A stretch of DNA of 63,974 bases, the filler included, from Reclinomonas americana ATCC 50394 (lineage: Eukaryota): assembly GCA_048213135.1 (NCBI GenBank). It is 11 parts of 11 records of this genome, joined end to end, with 100 filler letters (N's around TTAATTAATTAA, not from the genome) between each part and the next. Parts side by side here need not be neighbours in the genome. Positions count along the whole stretch, not along the records: positions 37,628 to 39,834 come from AFZH01019795.1; positions 39,935 to 44,070 come from AFZH01019796.1; positions 44,171 to 50,560 come from AFZH01019797.1; 8 more parts are not named here. The stretch is one strand, 5' to 3'. This document shows, in pieces, positions 37,776 to 50,660 of the stretch. The first letter of the stretch is position 1, and every line of letters starts with the position of its first letter. Under the pieces are notes generated by a model. The model was given only the letters and a program-made list of their open reading frames with translations. It had not been told where the DNA came from and made no database searches. The translations under genes and the position numbers were made by a program.

Positions 37776-39759
37776 TCTGGCCGACTTGGAACTCGAGCCT
37801 GTGCGACTGGAGAATGAACGCAAGCGATTGCAGGAGGAGATGGATGAGCTGGCGGTGACTCACCGCGGCGACTTTGTGGCCAACTCACGCGTCTGTGAGA
37901 CCATGCAGACACAGGTGCTCTCCTCCGCAGTCACCTCGTCCCCCACAGCCTTCTTATTCTTTCGTTCATAAAGTTGTCTGGCATGACTCGCTCGGTCGAT
38001 GCACTCGTGGATAACCTGCCTCGCTTCTCGGAGGTGTGCGCCACGTTCCGGCGACAGGCGGAGGTCATTGAGCGAGAGAAGCGAGTGGAGCGCATGTTGC
38101 ACGAGCAGAGTGCGCGGCTGACGGAGCTGCTGGAGGTGCCGCAGCTGATGGACACGTGTGTGCGGAACCAGTTGTATGGTGTGTATGATCTGTGCTTGTG
38201 GTGTGTTGTGCATGTGCGTATCTGTGCTCAATCGGAGTGCCAGATGAGGCGCTGGACATGCGTGGCTATGTGTTTACGCTGGCGGCCAAGTTCTCCGATG
38301 TGCAAGTGCTGCGCGAAATTGTTGAGTTGTCCTCTCCTCTCCGTGTGCTGCTGCTGCGCTGCTTCCGTCAGTGACATTGCTTTGCCGTCTGCGTGTGCAG
38401 GTGCGAAGCATCGAGTCGAGCTCCGAGTTCATGCTGGTGCAAATTCTGGCCGATCTGTGCGGCCCGCTCGAGTTGCCGACGTGCCTCAAGGTTTGTCGTG
38501 TTTGTTGTGTCGCCACCTTGATCGCTGCCCCCTTCTGAATCACGACGTTGGTCGTGCGACAGCTGGTCAACCAACTGCGCAAGATTGGCCTGTTCAGTGA
38601 GCGCGACTTGCGCCTGATTTTCCTCAAGTGCCGCAATGTGCGCCACGCTGCGCTGTTGCGAGAGGCCGAGTCGAACTCTGCGTTGCAGCATGTGCGTATG
38701 CACTCTCTGTCTCCTCGCACTGCTGGTTGTGCGCGTTGCTCACACTGTGACGCAGCTGCGACGGCTCACCGACGTGCTCAAATCGCACGTCTTCGAGGTC
38801 ACCAACCACTACATGTCGGTGTTCTCCGACGAGACCGCACACCAATCGACCGTTGTGTCTCTTTTTTTCCCCCTGTGCCGCACGCAGTATCATGGTCACG
38901 TGCTTATCGCTGTATGTGCAGAACCAACCCACAGTATCCTACATTTTGTATAGCTGGATTGGCGAAATGATACAGGCGTACGTGCAGCAGCTTGACAAGT
39001 TACGGGCAGTCGCCGTCGACATCACGCTTCTCCCACCGCGCACACTCATCTGCTTGACACAGACACGTGCCCATGCTGCGTTCAGGCGACGAGTGTGCGC
39101 GTCTGCTCGAACAGTGCGTATACTGCGCCACAGCACTGGCTCGGATCGGCACGGACTTTACAGGTGTGTGAAAGATCTCTCCCCCTCTCTTCCTGCATCA
39201 GTGCTGCAGTTCTTCTTCATATTCCTCAGCGCATCTCTCTCCCCTTCTCTTCGTCCATCTCCCTCTCCCTCCCCCACCCTCTCTCTTCTTCCACCTTATC
39301 TCTCTCTCCCCTTCTCTCACTTCCTGCATCAGTGCTGCAGGGTCCCTCTTCATATTCCTCAGCATCTTCGCATCTCTCTCCCCTTTCTCTTCATCGCCCT
39401 CTCCCTCTCCCCCTCCCTCTCCCTCCGTCTGCCATTCACCCTCTCGCCCTCTCTCAACGATTTGCAGCACTGGTGATGAAATCATTCGAGAGGCAAATGG
39501 TGGCTCTCTTTCAGCGCAGCTTGGAGAGCACGTGCGAGCATTTTGCAGAGGAGTTGGCGTCGCACTCGTTCCGCAAGCAGGGCTCGATGGCTCACGAAGG
39601 AGGTCGGGCACCCGCTGCCATTTTCCGTATGTATCTGTCTAAAATGTCTCTCTCTCACTCTCTCTCCGCAGGCGAGGACCCTGTGCGTACCGACCTGCTT
39701 GCGCATCACTCGCTGGCGGTGTGTGCCAACGGTTTCCTGGAGGCCCTCAATGATCTGCG
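37776..39759 (+). CDS. COG8: Conserved oligomeric Golgi complex subunit 8 (Dor1), partial at both ends
   Basis: LELEPVRLENE..LAV, LTELLEVPQLMDTCVRN.YDEALD, LELPTCLK.VNQLRK, LRLIFLKCR, LAVCANGFLEALNDLR. Confidence 0.92.
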
Positions 39760-40582
39760 GTAATAATCTCCTTTGTGCATGTGATTGGCGGTTGTCTGGG
39801 ATTCGCGCTGAAAAATCCAGGACGCCACCCGATTNNNNNNNNNNNNNNNNNNNNNNNNNNNNNNNNNNNNNNNNNNNNTTAATTAATTAANNNNNNNNNN
39901 NNNNNNNNNNNNNNNNNNNNNNNNNNNNNNNNNNCTGCGCTGTGGCGGCGCTGCGACGCGTGCAGTCGACGCACCTGAGCATGCTGCAGCCGTACTACAC
40001 CGCGCCACCAGTGCTGGTCTCGCCGCCGACACCCACACGAAGTGTAGTGGAGGTCGGGGCCGATGCTGATCGCGAGCCACATGACGCCGATGCTGGCCAT
40101 GAACTCGAAGCAAGGTGATTTGTGTGTGTGTAGAGCAGTATACCAATCTGATATATGATGCACTGCATCACGGCCACCAAGGGTGCCTTCGCTGACAGGA
40201 TCAACCCCCTGACCGGCCCCTGATTTCGTATCAAGAACCGCATCCGAACGCGATTCACGAATTTGCTGTCTAACTTCGGTGTTTTTATTGTTCGCCGAAA
40301 GAAAGTGTGATTGTCGAGAGACAAGACCAAGTCGCTTATTGGCAACCACACACACACACACGCATACACACATACACACACGTTGACGCGTCATCCCCGC
40401 TCCGCCACGCCAGACTCACTGCCGACACGCCCACCAGAAGAGGTTGCATGCACTCGACACCGCATCGACTATAGCGCTTGGCCGATTTGGTGAATCACAC
40501 ACTCACACACGCACGCTCTCTCACGCACACGCACACACACAATCGCTCACTCTCTCTCTCTCCCTTGCACAGCTCCAGTGGC

Positions 40583-43500
40583 ATGGCCCCGGCGTCACCC
40601 TCTTCGTCCCCTCCGCCTCCATCCTACGATCGCGATCGCGAGACGACCAAGTCGCAGTCGAACCCGTCGTCGGCTGCGGCACACGTGACCTCGCTGCCAC
40701 TGCAACTGCCACCACCACAACCCCCATTCCCATTGCTGCCTCATCCATCGCTGCCTCCTCCATCGCTGCCTCCACCACCACCACCACCACCACCACCAAC
40801 CGAAGTCATTCGTCCGGGATCGGCCTCGTTTGCACGCATGCTCACGGCGTACCTGCTGCACCCGGAGGCAGGTGGCATGTTTGCGCCGCCACCTCCACCA
40901 CCACCACCACCGCAAGCAATGATACCGACACCCACAATTCCGCCTTCGACACCGGCGATTCGCCACTTCCCGCCGCCGGCGCCCTCATCGACATCGACCA
41001 CCACCTCGACCACCACTACAGCGTATCATCATCATCATCCGTCTGCGCAAGTGTTTGGTGCCGGTGGCGCGATGGGCATGTACCCCACAGCAGTGCATGT
41101 GGTGCCGGTCCCATTACTGCCCATGGCCAAGTTGTCGCCGTATGAGGAGCATCATGCTGAGGAATCGGCGGCCGCCACCGGTTTCGATGCGATGTACGGA
41201 GGCTTCTCAGTGGTGAGTTAGAGTTTGGGAGGGGCGCGTGTGAGTTGGGTCCAACTGTTTGTAGACGGGGGTGGATCTGAAATACGAATTGCAGCTCTTT
41301 TCTTCTTGTTCTTTTGAACCTTTTTTCCCCTCTCATTGCACGTGGATGGGGGAGGAGGCAGTGGAGAGCAGAGCGCGCGTGAGAGAAGCAGTTGCACGGC
41401 TGCGGTTGTGCAGTGGATTCGCATGTCGCGGGTCGGACACACCTTTTTTAGCTCCGGCCGTCTAATTATTGCACCCTTTTTTTCAGACGCACCGTCTGCT
41501 GTCTCTCCCCCCTCTCTGCCTCACTCATCGGGGCGCGCTTCTTCCTTTTTGCGTGTGTGTATGTGTGTGAATTCCTTCTGTTTTGCAACGGTGTGCTGCT
41601 GAATGCCTATTTGAGCGGGAGGCAGATGCGGTATCCGTCGACTGGGATTTCATTACTGTTGCCCGCCAGTTTGTTCATCATCGCTTAATTTTTTCCGCGT
41701 ATCTCGTGTGTGGCGCTCGCGCGCGCCCCCCTTCCCCTTTTTCTCTCGTTGTGTGTGTCTGTCTCTCGAGATGCGCCGCTTCACCATTGGCTCGCTCTTT
41801 GCGCTGGGCCCGACAACCACACAAGAGCCGCCACTCTCCTCGTGGAGTTCTCTCACCTCCATCACTCCCTCCACTCCTCCTCCTCCTCCTTCTGCTGCTG
41901 CTCCTCTGCCTCCTCCTCCTCCTGCTCGTCGTCGCCCACAGCAGCAGCAGAAGCAGCCCAAGAAGCCACCAGTGGCCGCCTTGTCTGCTTCCTCTGCTGC
42001 TGCAAAGGCCGCCGCTCCTTCTCCCTTCTTCTCCTCTCCGCCTGCCTCGTCGCCGCCCACCTCCACCATCCACTCAACACCTCCCACTCCCTCTCCGGGG
42101 AAAAAACCACAGCCACAACAACAACATCAACAACAACCGACTTCTCACTCCTCGAGTGATGGCTCTCGTCGCGGTGGTCGCCGCCGCCGCCAGCGCGCGC
42201 TCAACCCGTACAGTGAGGCCGAGGATGATGACAGTGACGAGGAGGAGGAGGAGGAGGACGACCATGTGTACGAGCCGCCTCCATCGTCAGGCAAACCGCC
42301 TCGCAAGCGCCGGCGTGTCTCTGCGAGTGTTGCTGCTGCTGCGTCCGCCGCGTCATTATCATCGTCAACAGCAGAGGTGCGTGCGTGCGTGTGTGTGTGT
42401 GGGGAGTGGGGGAATGGGAGAGAGTGTGGGGGAAAGACGGAATAAGAGATGTTGGCACGCGCCATGTCTCGCGCCACTTTTCAAGGCAAACCCCCTTTAC
42501 TTTTTTTCCTCGTGTGTGTCTGTGCTGTGTGCTGTGTGCCATGTGCCTCCTCTTTCTCTCTCTCGCGCACGAGTGTGTGTCGGTTCTCATGTGTCACCCT
42601 CGTAATGTGCGTTGTTACACACCACACGTTATTGTGCAACGCATGTGCTGGTTTGCCATATTTGAGAGAGTATGCGGAGTTGTGCAGGCTGCCGTCAGCA
42701 GCATGTTCAGAGAGCAGGCGGGAAAAGAGAGACAGGGGGCTTTTGTGTAAAGTGAGTGGCCGCCATTTCACACTCCACTCACTCACGCACTCCTTTCTGT
42801 TTCTTACAGACTGTCGACGGTGGTGAGTCGCTGAGTGGTGGTGGCAAGAAGAAGCGCTTCCGGTGGACGCCGGCGCTGCACGAGCTGTTCATGCGTGCAC
42901 TTGTCACAATGGAGCCGACAGAAGTGGGTCCGAAGACGATTCTGTTGCGAATGCGCGACATTGACGAGGCGCTGTGCACGGCCACGAACCCGCCCATGGA
43001 GACGAATCACATCAAGGTACCGCTGCCCTCTTTTTGCGCTCTGTCTATCGCACATCTCTCTCATCTCTACACTTTCGCAGTCACATTTGCAATGGGCACG
43101 GAGCTTGCCTCGTTTCCGTCACGAACCGTGGGTGACGGTGGTCCATGACGCAGAGGCCATGGTGGTCAGATCGGCGACATCCCAATCAGCGGCACCACCA
43201 CCACCACGACCGCCGCCACCGGCCGCTGCCGTCGCCTCTGCAGCTCCGTCTTCGCGTCACCGCATCCACGCCTCCACCGATGGCGTGCGATCGAACAAGA
43301 CTGGCCGATCGTCCAAGCCACCGCAGACGACGACCACTACCACCACCACGACGACTACCACCACCACCCGGGCCAAGGTTCTCGCATCACCGAAACAGCC
43401 TGCCGTGCAAATGACGACCGCCTCGCCGCCTGTGATGGGCGGAGGCACTGCCGTGTCACCTGCGCCGCGCGCCTCCAACGGAGCCGAGTTTGCCGCTGGT

Positions 43501-44070
43501 CGCGGTTCGCCGAATGTCGGTGGTGGCCGGTACGGAGCGCGCAAGACGCTGCCGCTGTTTGCCAATGCCTCGCCACCACTAGTTGCCTCCATGCCTGCGG
43601 TGGGCTCTTCGCTGTACGCCCACGAACCCGACGTGCCACCACTAGACGTGCAACACAACTCTGCAATGCCTGCTGATGTGCGTAGCACGTGCGTGACATG
43701 GTCTCTTTTGTGTTGCACCATCAACTCATATTTTTTGTTTTGCATTTGCAGGTGTTGTATACACCGGCCTACGACGATGCGTTCTTCTATCCACAAGGTC
43801 ACGGAATGGCTCCTGCTGCCTCCACTGCTCTGTCATCTGTCGGTTCCGCCACCGCCGCTGCTGCTAGCGCCGCTGCCTCTGGCGCCGCCAACATGGTCAC
43901 GTTGCCGAGCATTCATACCGGCATGCTGCCGTCGATGCAGATGACAGGTCTTCTGTTGCCGAATCTGCGCTACGACCCTATCGTCAATGGCGGCGTTCCA
44001 CTGATGCCCAGCATGGCGTTGCATCCGTCATTGGGCCACCCAGCGCCGTCGTTCTATTATCCGATGATGG
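40583..44070 (+). CDS. GARP/G2-like (SHAQKYF-class) Myb transcription factor with Pro/Ser-rich flanks; runs into the spacer
   Basis: KKKRFRWTPALHELFMRAL...GPKTILLRM...TNHIK|SHLQWAR (~42846-43100). Whether the Pro-rich exon 40583-41212 belongs to this gene (alternative start 41771) is inferred. The fragment DYMGPLEWS* at 44171-44200 may be its C-terminus. Confidence 0.8.
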
Positions 44071-44645
44071 NNNNNNNNNNNNNNNNNNNNNNNNNNNNNN
44101 NNNNNNNNNNNNNNTTAATTAATTAANNNNNNNNNNNNNNNNNNNNNNNNNNNNNNNNNNNNNNNNNNNNGACTACATGGGCCCGCTGGAGTGGTCGTAG
44201 GCCGAGTGCAATTGTCGTCGCTTCACCACGTTACCTCGTGGTGTTTGTCTTCCCATCCCATGTCTCTTATCAACTTGTTTGGTTGTCTTGCTGTTGCATT
44301 TTCTTCTTCTTCTTCTCTTTCATGTGCAGTGTAGTACTCGTCTCTTTCATCATCGTGCGTGAGCGTCCTCTCGGCGAGGATGCACCGCACACTCGTTGCG
44401 AATCTCATCCTGTTGCTTTGTGTGTGTGCCTCTCCATTCATTTCCCCTAGTTTTCCTGTTTTTCCCGATGTAATTCCCCCCACCAACCCAATCCGTGTTG
44501 CCAACCCTCCCGCAAGAGGGGGCAGCGTCGCGCGCTCTCTCGCAAGAGTGGCGGCGCAGAAATAGATCCTACCGTGTCGTTGTCAATGAAATGCTGCTAA
44601 ATCGTTTGCTTACATGCATGCATGCACACAACCATCCTTCCACAC

Positions 44646-47600
44646 TCACGGCCGCGCACTCGGTGGCGACTCGGACAGCCAGTAGCACCACTGCTCTCGC
44701 AGTTCCCGCATCTTGTCGTGCGTCAGCTCATCCACTCGCAGCGTGCCCTCCTGCGGCGACGTTGCCTCCAGCAGCGCACGTCGACACCGTTCTGCCACCT
44801 CGGCAACCGCAGCACCGTTGGCCTGCGCCGCCTCGTCGGTCGCCTCCTGCACACACATACACACACACCCCACCACTCAAAACAGTCAGTCAACCGACAG
44901 CTACTTTAACGTACAAGGCGGCCTGCACCCACCAGTGGCGGCTTCTCGGCAAGAGCCTCGCACAACAGCAGTACGAGCGTCGCCGAGATAGCCACGTCCG
45001 GGAACAGAGGAGTCGAGGGTGATGCCAGAGAGTCCCGCTGTTCTCGCTGTTGCGCTTGCGATGTCTCCGCCGCGGCAATATCACTCTGCACACGCTCCAG
45101 CTGCGCCTCGAGATCGGCCAATCGGCTGTTGCTCTCGTCGCTGCTTGCCCCGCTCACGTCCCTCTTGTGTCGTTCAATCTGCGCCCGCATGAACAAAGTC
45201 CTGTACTGGCTGCGCAGGGCGTCGAGCGAGTGCGTGGACTCGACGGCATGCGACACGGGTGCGGTCTGCGCACGCAGCAAAACATCGGCCGCCAGTTGCG
45301 GCACGCGCCACGCATACGACAGCAGTTGCTCCTCTTGAGCACATTTGAAGAGGTGTCGAAGGAATGCAATCATGCCAAACGCCAGCAGGCCGGTAAACGG
45401 CACCGCGCGGCACGCCTCCTCCACATGATGTACTGCAGAAACCGCGCACTCTGCGTCCGCCGACCATGTGAGACAGCAAACACAACGAGAGATCCCCCCT
45501 CACTGCACCCACCCACGAACCGTGCAGCGGACGAAGCCACGCGAGTTGGAGATGATCGGCAAACACGTGCGCATGCGACGGTGTGAGGCGCAGCAGCTCG
45601 GTGAAGTGCTGCATAAGCGGCTCGGCCGAGCACACCACGCCCGACGACACGCACAGAATGCAATGCAACACGAGGCTGGAGAAGCGGCCGGTGAGGGCCG
45701 ACGTTGATGTGCCAGAGAGTCTGAGGGTAGCTAGTGCCGCCTGAGCCGCATCGATCGCGCTCTTGCCGATTGCATACACCAAGTCGCTGACCACAGCCGC
45801 ACAGATGCGGACAAAGTTGGTGTGCTGCGGTGACTCGCCACAATCCGGAAAACGGCACAGCTGCGCCATACCTGACCACACACTAAGTCATTCACGCGAG
45901 TGCACGTCGGGAGACATTGTTCCCTCTCACCACTTCGAACTGTGATCTCCCACTCCGGCGCACTCGGCAACTCGGACAAGCTCGACACATCTCGCGTTGC
46001 AACAAACAACTCGAGACGAATGAGCGCACGGTGCACGTGTGCCGCCACAGACTGCACACACGACTTGTTGGTACAACGAAAGACATTCCGTTCTCGTGCA
46101 CGCGACAGACACTACACACCTCCTCATCGAGTTCGTCGAGGTAGTCGAGGGCCTGCCGGTACTCGCCCAGCTGCCGCAGTTGCAGAACGCTGCACGAATG
46201 CGATGAGAACGGAGTCATCGCATCGAGTTTCACACGCAGCGCACATACCAGGCGAGTGTCAGTGCGTCGGCACGCGGGTGTCCGAGGGCGCGGGCGACCC
46301 GCGCGCATGCCAGGCGCGACGCCATGTCTGTCTTTCGTGACAAACACGTCACGGCGGCATCCACGTCGCCAAGAACCATGAAGCTGCGACAACATGCTTC
46401 ACTATGAGTAAAGCTGACGTGCCAAAGTATGGCGAGTCCAAGCGTACCATTTCGCGGCCTGTTCCAAGTTGTCGCGAGCCACCAACGCCGCCGCATACTC
46501 GCCAAGTATGCGTCGCGCAGTGGGGTCCGTCGGCGACAAGTGCGTTCGTGCATAGGCGTACGCCTCACGAAAGTATCCGCCACTGACGTACGCACGAATG
46601 GCCTCATGTGGCCGCTGGCACGCCGTAAAGTACAGAGCGGCACGATGAATGTCCGCCGCCTGCTCCAACTGTTTCGCGTACAAAAAGGTCATGCGCTCCC
46701 ACACTTCCTTGCCAACTGTACACACGCGCACACACACACACGGAAAACAGAGTGACCTTTTTGCAAACGACGAAGCACAACAGAATGGTGGCGGTGTTAC
46801 CAGCTGGACTGGCGGCCACCAGCGATGCCGTCAGGGTGCCAGAGTCGGCGGCTCGCTCCAACGTCGCAGCCAGGCCCTGCGACCACTCCTGCAGCATATG
46901 ACCACTCTCGTCGTGTCCATCGCTGTGGTGTTGCTCCGCTGCGCACGTGCAAATCGACAGCCACACGGAATGAGTGGCGATCACAGTGACCAGAAGGACA
47001 GACGCTGCCATGAACCTTCGCGATCAAGCAGACTGCACAGCACCTGCTCGCTGCCAAACAGCTGCAAGTCTACGTTGCCTGCGCCGACACTGTCGACCAC
47101 CGCTGTCACACCAGACTCTAGGTTTCCCGCACTGCGCAACGCCTGCGCCAACTCCATGCAGCCTTGCTGAGCCTGTGCGGCGTAGAACGCGGCAGAGATA
47201 TGAGAGAACACAGAAAATCGAGAAAAGAGCGTTACACGCAGCGCGAACCTGTGAGCGTGCCTGGTTGTCGACCTTGGACAGCTGGAACAACGAGCGAGCC
47301 TTTCGCTGCTTTCCCGTTGACGAGGCGCCGAGCGCGCGCTCGCTCTCCTGCATTGCCGCGACGGCAGAGGCGGTAGACACTGCCGACGGATCAGGGGGCG
47401 ACTGGGCCACGGCGGCGGCGGGGATCACCGTCTGGGTGACTCCAGGTGCCGCGGGCACTGCCACAGCCAACGACGGCATGGTGGCAGGAGCACTCCGCTC
47501 GTCCGACACATGCAATCTATCAAACGAGGGATCGTGAATCAGGTGACTCTCTCACAACACACCACGCACAAGCACACGTACTTTTCATCGCTCGACTTTC

Positions 47601-50543
47601 CCGACGTCTTGCTCGATGAGCGCTCATTTCCTACAAGGCTCGGTCAGCGGCAGTCATGCGAAGGGTACAACGTGCACGCATGCACGCAACGAGCAGGTGG
47701 TGTGCGATTCGCACAGTCAGTGTACTTCCACGCGCGGACCATTTGATCCTCGCCGCACGAGAACAGCGTGTGCGCAGCAAGGAGGCTCCACTCGACGCCA
47801 AAGACGCGACCCGTGTGCTGCCGATAATTGGCCACAGGTGTGCCGTCGGTCCAGTCCCAAATCTACAGAATGACGCCAACAACTAAGAAGCAGTCGACGA
47901 CGACAGAAAGGGCGATCGATCACGAAAGGTAACTTGCACTGTGCGATCCTCACTCGACGTCGCAATAAGTGTGGGTTCCAGCATCGAGAAAGACACAAAC
48001 GTCGCGGCGGCGCTGTGGCCAGTGCATGTGCGCAGCAAGTCTGCGTCGACAGCGGGTCAGAATCCACACATCGTACTTGCTGCAGTTTGTCTGCACGCAC
48101 CAAGAGCGCTGAATTGTCGCGTATCGTACACGTACACACGCATATCGGATCCCGCCGCCGCCAGCACGTCACCGTGCACACCTGAAACACGAGTGCGAGA
48201 GAGTTGGGGAGCGAGTCGCCACGGAGACGATGGACGAGTGAACAGACCTCGAAGGCCCCACGCGAATTTGTTCATGCCTTTGATCGACGGTCGATGAGTG
48301 GCACGCAGCTCCAGCTCGGGGAACGAGAGCAAATGGACAAAGCCATCCGCCGTGCCAATCACCAAGCAGTCGCCAGCAGAGTTGCCGACGGCATCCGTAA
48401 TGTGCTGCACAAGACGCACGCGATGTGAGCGGAGCAACCCCAATCAACTCCAACAGTCACGACTCACCAATCGAGACGCGTCATCCATGCCGAGTGACTC
48501 TGCCAGCAACGGATTCAGCCACACCGACGGCCGTTTCGGCTCCGCCGACACGTGCGCCAACAAGCGGCCTTCCGCACACGTTGTGAGCACAAAGGTGCTG
48601 TACTTGCGCAACGCATGTCGCGCATCCTGTGGCGACTGACGATCCTGCGAATCCTCCGCCGCCGCCGCTCCACTGCCACTGCCGCTGCCACTGCCACTGC
48701 CATTGGTCTCCTCTATCTCGTCTCCATTCCCTTCTGCAGTAGCAGGGCGCATCGCCTCATCTGCGTCCTCCTCTCCATCGCCATCTGTCCCTCCTCCGGT
48801 CGCAGGTGTGGCGGCTGGCGCTGAAGGTGGAGGCTCCACTTCCGCTTCCGTGACAACGGCGGGTGGTGCCTCGTCGACTGCGGCAGCTGCAGCGCTCTCG
48901 GCGGCCTCAGCTGCCGCATTCGCGGCCGCAACGTTGTGCAGCCAGCTCAGCGCATACACCTTTTCTCGATGGTACGACTTGAACGTGACGAGGCGCTGTT
49001 GGTAGACGTTGCAGATGCCGACGCGACCGCCAAGGAGTGTGAACGCCAGCATGCCATCCTCATGCGGATGCCACGACACCTGCGAGTGCACTCACGCATC
49101 TCCGTCACTTGGACCTTCGCGACGACAAAAACAGGGGAAAAAACGCACCCCCCGCACGCTGTCTTGAATGCCCTTCCAGATGACTCGGCTGTCGAACGGA
49201 TCGCTCGGATTGCCGGTGTTCCAAGTGCGCAGCATTCGATCGGCGGCGCCAACGGCTACCAGCGCCGGGTTGCTCTCCGACAGCGACACCGAGTACACGT
49301 ACCCACCGATAGTGCGAACGAGTGAGTCGCTCTTCATCTCACGTGCGTCAAAAATGCAAATCTGCCACGAAAACAAACCAAACGTGAGATTTAAGACACT
49401 GCTACGTTCACACACACAATCAATGCACACCGTTCGATCCATGGACACGGTAAGCAGCTTGTTCCATCGCGCATCTGCCGCCAAGTGAAACACACAACGC
49501 GAGTGCGGACTCGAGTACGGCACCGGTTTGCGACGCCCAACGTCCCACAGGTACACGTCACCCCTGCGGGAGGGAACACAGTGCGGTGAGATCCACCGGA
49601 ACAGTCCGAAAAACACCGCACGGCGACGCAACATGAGACCCGAGCTGACAAACGAGTTCGTGTCGGGGACCCACTGCACAGTGATCCACAGCCGCGACTT
49701 TTGCGCCTCCGTGAGTGCTTTGCCTGCAGCGACGTCATCCGTGAGCACACACACACACATACACACGGAGCAATTGATTGTGCGTGTACCTTTCTGCAAC
49801 GACTTGGGCACAATGCTGTGCTGCACGTCGTCGACAGAGCTGGCCGCGCACCACTCCTCCGCCGTCAGGATCTATGCATGCGAGCATGAGATGGGGTTCG
49901 CGAAGCGCACGCAAAGTCAACGCAACTTCAGTGGTCGCGGCCGGCGGATTCCTCCACGACCCTGATTCGCAATCGACAGCACATGTGAGTGCGCGCGCCT
50001 GGAGAACAAGAGCACAAGCCGACTCGCACCTCCACTCGAGGCCCGATCCGGTCGCCGGGAACGGGTGGACAAGCGGTACACGTGAATCGACTTTTCGCGG
50101 CTGCCCGACACCAACATCAGGTCGTCGGACATGGCCGCCGGAGGCCCGCTGCCACGCGGACGCCAACACAAGCCCTGCACCTCATCTTTGTGGTTGAACA
50201 GCTTGTGCGGCACGGCGCCGGTCCGCGTGTCGACAATCAGCACGGTGCCACTGGTGTAGCCGACGGCCACAATGGTTTCATGCACAGGCGAGCAGGCCAC
50301 CGAACAGATCGATCCGCTGGGATCCGGGTTCAAGGTGTGCCCGTCGCTGGTGAGACAGTTCCACACCGTCAACGCACCATTCTTGCATCCGGCCACCACC
50401 ACCTGCGGCGTCACCGGCGAGCGAGACATGGCCTGAAACTCAGACTTGCTCGGCGACTGCAGCACACGCTCGCAGTGCGACGACTCCACATCGAAGCACC
50501 GCAAACTCTTGTCGGCCGACGCCGTAATGCACCGAATCACGCC
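44646..50543 (-). CDS. GEMIN5: Gem-associated protein 5 homolog (tandem WD40 propellers + TPR-like dimerisation region), 5'-truncated
   Basis: HKDEVQGLCW, LVSGSREKSI, RLWITVQW, LLTVSMDR, TIGGYVYS, AVGAADRMLRTWN, WKGIQ, VSWHP..GMLAF, HREKVYALSW, AALYFTACQRPHEAIRAY...FREAYAYAR. Confidence 0.85.
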
Positions 50544-50660
50544 CTGCAGCACACACACACNNNNNNNNNNNNNNNNNNNNNNNNNNNNNNNNNNNNNNNN
50601 NNNNTTAATTAATTAANNNNNNNNNNNNNNNNNNNNNNNNNNNNNNNNNNNNNNNNNNNN

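Noticed and set aside
39935..40394. Minus-strand fragment with a hydrophobic stretch (FEFMASIGVMWLAISIG)
   Set aside because: Could be the start of a truncated gene but is too short to assign a frame or family
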